A stretch of 64,000 bases of DNA from an uncultured delta proteobacterium (GTDB taxonomy: Bacteria; Desulfobacterota; Desulfuromonadia; Geobacterales; DSM-12255), in assembly GCA_963787125.1 (NCBI GenBank), contig CAWBBV010000007.1, positions 480,001 to 544,000 of the forward strand. The letters are read 5' to 3'. Under the pieces are notes generated by a model. It had not been told where the DNA came from, ran no database searches, and saw nothing but the letters and a program-made list of their open reading frames with translations. How positions within the stretch are numbered: the stretch's first letter is position 1; each line of letters opens with the position of its first letter. Positions 61,169 to 64,000 of this stretch are shown in pieces. The translations under genes and the position numbers were made by a program.

Positions 61169-61767
61169 GCGGGCATCAGCACCGAGACCGTGCCGGCGCC
61201 ACCCTCGGCATGTGGCTGTTCCTCTTCACCGAACTGATCCTCTTCGGCGGACTGTTCCTCCTCTATGCCGTCTACCTGGCCCGCTACCCCCATGAGTTCG
61301 CTGCCGGCGGCAGGGAGCTGAACGTGGTCTTCGGCGCGGTCAACACCATCGTGCTCCTCAGCAGCAGCCTGCTGGCGGCCATGGCAGTCACCGCAATCCA
61401 GCGCGGCCTGAAGCCGACCAGCATCTGGCTGCTGTTCGGCACTATCGGCTGCGCCCTGATCTTTATGGGAATCAAGTACGTCGAGTGGAGCGCCAAGTTC
61501 GGCCACGATATCTACCCCGGTTCAAAGCGGCTACTGGCCGGCCCGCCGGGTGAATCGGTCTTCTTCAGCCTCTACTACCTGACCACCGGTCTCCACGGCC
61601 TGCACGTGCTGATCGGCGGGACGCTGCTGGGTTTTGTGGCGCTGCGGGTGCAGCAGGGGAAGATCGACAGCAGCAACTATTCCTGGCTGGAGAACGGCGC
61701 CCTTTACTGGCACCTGGTGGACCTGATCTGGATATTTATTTTTCCGCTGTATTATTTGATTCTCTGA
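61165..61767 (+). CDS. coxC: Cytochrome c oxidase subunit III
   Basis: GMWLFLFTE, TGLHGLHV, YWHLVDLIW. Confidence 0.94.
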   Translation: MSGHQHRDRAGATLGMWLFLFTELILFGGLFLLYAVYLARYPHEFAAGGRELNVVFGAVNTIVLLSSSLLAAMAVTAIQRGLKPTSIWLLFGTIGCALIFMGIKYVEWSAKFGHDIYPGSKRLLAGPPGESVFFSLYYLTTGLHGLHVLIGGTLLGFVALRVQQGKIDSSNYSWLENGALYWHLVDLIWIFIFPLYYLIL

Positions 61768-61818
61768 TTCTGCTCTCTGATGTACAATGGTATCATTGAT
61801 ATCATGGAGGTAAACGCA

Positions 61819-62094
61819 ATGGCCAGCACACGACAGCTAGGGCTTCGGCTCGATGAAAATGACAATCTGAGCCTCAAGCGGATAGCGCAGCGCGAAGGCC
61901 GCACCGAGCAGGATATTCTCAGGGATTCGCTCCGGATGTACGTGCGCAGCGCCGACGAGCAGAAGGAATTTTTCGATTCCGTGGAACGCGGCTGGTATGA
62001 ACTCCGTTCCGGTCTTGGGGATGTCGTCGCGGAAAATGACGGTTTTTTCAATTCCATCCGCAAAGAGATCGGGAATGAAAAGACGACTGCTTAA
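61819..62094 (+). CDS. Ribbon-helix-helix (CopG/ParD-like) putative antitoxin
   Basis: GGAGG RBS, QLGLRLD beta strand plus two helices, acidic C-terminus. Overlaps the downstream gene. Confidence 0.6.
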   Translation: MASTRQLGLRLDENDNLSLKRIAQREGRTEQDILRDSLRMYVRSADEQKEFFDSVERGWYELRSGLGDVVAENDGFFNSIRKEIGNEKTTA

Positions 62095-62416
62095 GCGCTC
62101 CAGCGAATATAAAGCCAGAGTCAGGTCGTATGCGCTGGGGCTGGCAGAGCGGTACAGGCCGGAAATAGCCGCTGTGTTTCTGTCCAGAGTCGAGGAGACC
62201 GAAGCGCTTCTCGACGCCAACAACTCTGCCGGGACCGATTCGCCGTACCTGCTCGCCGGGCAGCAGGTAGTCCTCAAGGAGCTCTATTTCGGTTCCGGCC
62301 CGGTCAGGTATTGCCTGATTTACGAGGTGACGGATGAATATGTCGGCTTGATTTCGTTATGGCATGGTGTGGGTTTGAGGAAGTCAGGTACGCTAATACG
62401 GCTATGGGGGGCATAA
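62075..62416 (+). CDS. RelE/ParE-like putative toxin
   Basis: 113 aa. C-terminal RYCLIYEV...V.LISLWHG pattern resembles the ParE/RelE fold. Coupled to the RHH gene. Confidence 0.55.
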   Translation: MKRRLLKRSSEYKARVRSYALGLAERYRPEIAAVFLSRVEETEALLDANNSAGTDSPYLLAGQQVVLKELYFGSGPVRYCLIYEVTDEYVGLISLWHGVGLRKSGTLIRLWGA

Positions 62417-62519
62417 CCAACCGGGATATCAATTGCGTTGGCACGGGTAGCCTCTTTCATGAGATATTCATATAAACGTGGAATATGCAGACTGCAGATT
62501 AATATGTTAGCTGCAAAAA

Positions 62520-62774
62520 ATGGACAAAAGAATGATTACTGCAATCGATAAACTTTTTATTTGGTCAATGTATGGAGGAATTGGGCTTCTTGCAATGACC
62601 CTGTGCGATAAGGACATCACGACAAGAGGACCAATCGGCTCTTCTATTTCGCTTGCGGTAGGATTTGTTGCTGTCTATTTATCTAGGCCGATCTTGGCAA
62701 GTTTAGCCCGCTATCAGCTCGCTGTGATAATTGTCCTGTTATGGTGGTTTGTATTTTATCTCATGGCTCATTAA
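62520..62774 (+). CDS. Small hypothetical membrane protein (~3 TM)
   Basis: 84-aa hydrophobic ORF in an AT-rich segment. Confidence 0.4.
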   Translation: MDKRMITAIDKLFIWSMYGGIGLLAMTLCDKDITTRGPIGSSISLAVGFVAVYLSRPILASLARYQLAVIIVLLWWFVFYLMAH

Positions 62775-62820
62775 CGCAACAGTTGCAGAATGGCAAATAT
62801 TGTCAACTAAAGGTATCGCC

Positions 62821-63120
62821 ATGCCCCAACCAACTGATACACCGCAATCACCCCACATCATCAGCTACACCAAGCTGACTGCGGTCTGGCTGGTTTTGCT
62901 GGCCTTGACCGGGCTGACAATCTGGGTCTCGCGCCTCGACCTGGGGGTGAACCGGGTCTGGGGGGCGCTGGCTATCGCCTCGCTCAAGAGCGGGCTGGTG
63001 ATCGCCTTTTTCATGCACATGAAGTACGAGGGGAAGCTGCTCCGCTGGCTGCTCTTTGTGGCGCTGTTGACCCTGGCTATCTTCATCGGCTTCACTTTTT
63101 TTGATGTGCTGTACAGGTAG
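62821..63120 (+). CDS. coxD: Cytochrome c oxidase subunit IV
   Basis: 3 TMs, K..LV..FFMHMKYE. Confidence 0.9.
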   Translation: MPQPTDTPQSPHIISYTKLTAVWLVLLALTGLTIWVSRLDLGVNRVWGALAIASLKSGLVIAFFMHMKYEGKLLRWLLFVALLTLAIFIGFTFFDVLYR

Positions 63121-63122
63121 AA

Positions 63123-63151
63123 ACCTCCGAGGTTTTAAAAACCTCGGAGGT
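63123..63151. repeat. Perfect 14-bp inverted repeat (REP-like palindrome)
   Basis: ACCTCCGAGGTTTT-A-AAAACCTCGGAGGT. Confidence 0.7.
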
Positions 63152-63174
63152 CTGACAGTTGATAGGAAACTAAC

Positions 63175-64000
63175 GTGAACCCAGCCCTGCTCTCCACAAC
63201 CGACGCGGTCGATCCGGTCTTCAAGTTCATCTTCGGCGCCTGCCTGCTGCTGCTTGGCGGCATTACGGCGACGGTGCTCTGGTTCGCCTTCCGTTATCGC
63301 CGCTCCCGCGCTCCGGAACCGACTTCGCAGGTGGAAAATAATTTCTGGCTGGAGACGATCTGGATCGTCCTGCCCAGCATTCTGGTCATGGCGATGTTCT
63401 ACTACGGCTGGGCCGGCTATCTGACCCTGCGGACCGTGCCAAAGAATGCCCTGCCGGTGACCGCCACGGCGCGAATGTGGAGCTGGAACTTCAGCTATGC
63501 CAATGGCCGCACCAGCCCAAAGCTCTATGTCCCAGTGGGGAAACCGGTGGTCGTCGATCTGGTGTCAAGTGACATCCTCCACGGTTTTTTCATCCCCGCC
63601 TTCCGGGTCAAGCGCGATGTGGTGCCGGGAATGAAGAACCATGCCTGGTTTGTGGCTGAAGTAGCCGGTAACTACGACCTGTTCTGCTCCCAGTACTGCG
63701 GCAAAGGTCACTCGGCGATGATTACTACTGTGGAGGCGCTGCCGGAGGCAGAGTTCACTGCCTGGCTGGAGCAGAAAGAAAAACGGGGAGCCGGAGCAGA
63801 GAAGCCAGACGGCGCCCGTCTGGCAAAAGAGAAAGGCTGTCTTGCCTGCCACTCCCTCGACGGCGTTCGCGGCGTCGGTCCGACTTTTAAAGGGCTTTAC
63901 CGTCAGCAGCGCCTGGTGAAACAGGACGGCAAACTGGTGACGATTATTGCCGACGACGTCTATTTGCGAGAATCGATCCGCTCCCCCAATGCCAAAATCG
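63175..64000 (+). CDS. coxB: Cytochrome c oxidase subunit II with fused haem c domain (caa3-type), truncated by the window end
   Basis: Translated manually from GTG 63175: LETIW, DILHGFFIP, CuA motif CSQYCGKGHSAM, CLACH. Confidence 0.93.
   Translation, partial: MNPALLSTTDAVDPVFKFIFGACLLLLGGITATVLWFAFRYRRSRAPEPTSQVENNFWLETIWIVLPSILVMAMFYYGWAGYLTLRTVPKNALPVTATARMWSWNFSYANGRTSPKLYVPVGKPVVVDLVSSDILHGFFIPAFRVKRDVVPGMKNHAWFVAEVAGNYDLFCSQYCGKGHSAMITTVEALPEAEFTAWLEQKEKRGAGAEKPDGARLAKEKGCLACHSLDGVRGVGPTFKGLYRQQRLVKQDGKLVTIIADDVYLRESIRSPNAKI

Overview
Bacterial chromosomal window. Gene content and order point to a Geobacteraceae-like deltaproteobacterium (inference). It has four blocks. (1) 1-33.5 kb is a large accessory membrane-glycosylation locus. 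It holds six TMTC-like GT-C+TPR paralogues, five other GT-C-type polytopic membrane proteins, three short Dpm1-like GT2s, three cobalamin-binding radical SAM enzymes, one SPASM-type radical SAM enzyme, a STELLO/DUF288-like protein and a CDP-tyvelose-epimerase-like SDR. It also holds a GT2 interrupted by a 1330-bp IS4-family element (TIRs and 9-bp TSD visible), a VapBC pair, and an FKBP with a degenerate active site. (2) 33.6-51.3 kb is core genome: HK/RR, metK, an OmpA/OprF-like protein, ptsI-ptsH-EIIA-rapZ-hprK-hpf-rpoN-lptBAC and kdsCDA-pyrG-kdsB. (3) 51.4-55 kb is an AT-rich two-gene islet: a seventh TMTC-like gene plus a secreted collagen/beta-helix fibre protein whose putative promoter has a 12-nt homopolymer in its spacer. 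(4) 55-64 kb holds a FabX/NMO-family flavoprotein, then a GC-rich Rieske/cytochrome b/pentahaem cytochrome c plus caa3 oxidase cluster interrupted by a TA-like insert. Four single-base frameshifts (GT-C, transposase, rpoN, cytochrome b) are probably at least partly sequencing errors. The best candidate for an undescribed system is a TMTC-type periplasmic protein glycosylation pathway coupled to radical-SAM sugar tailoring. All calls come from reading motifs by eye; no database searches were run.
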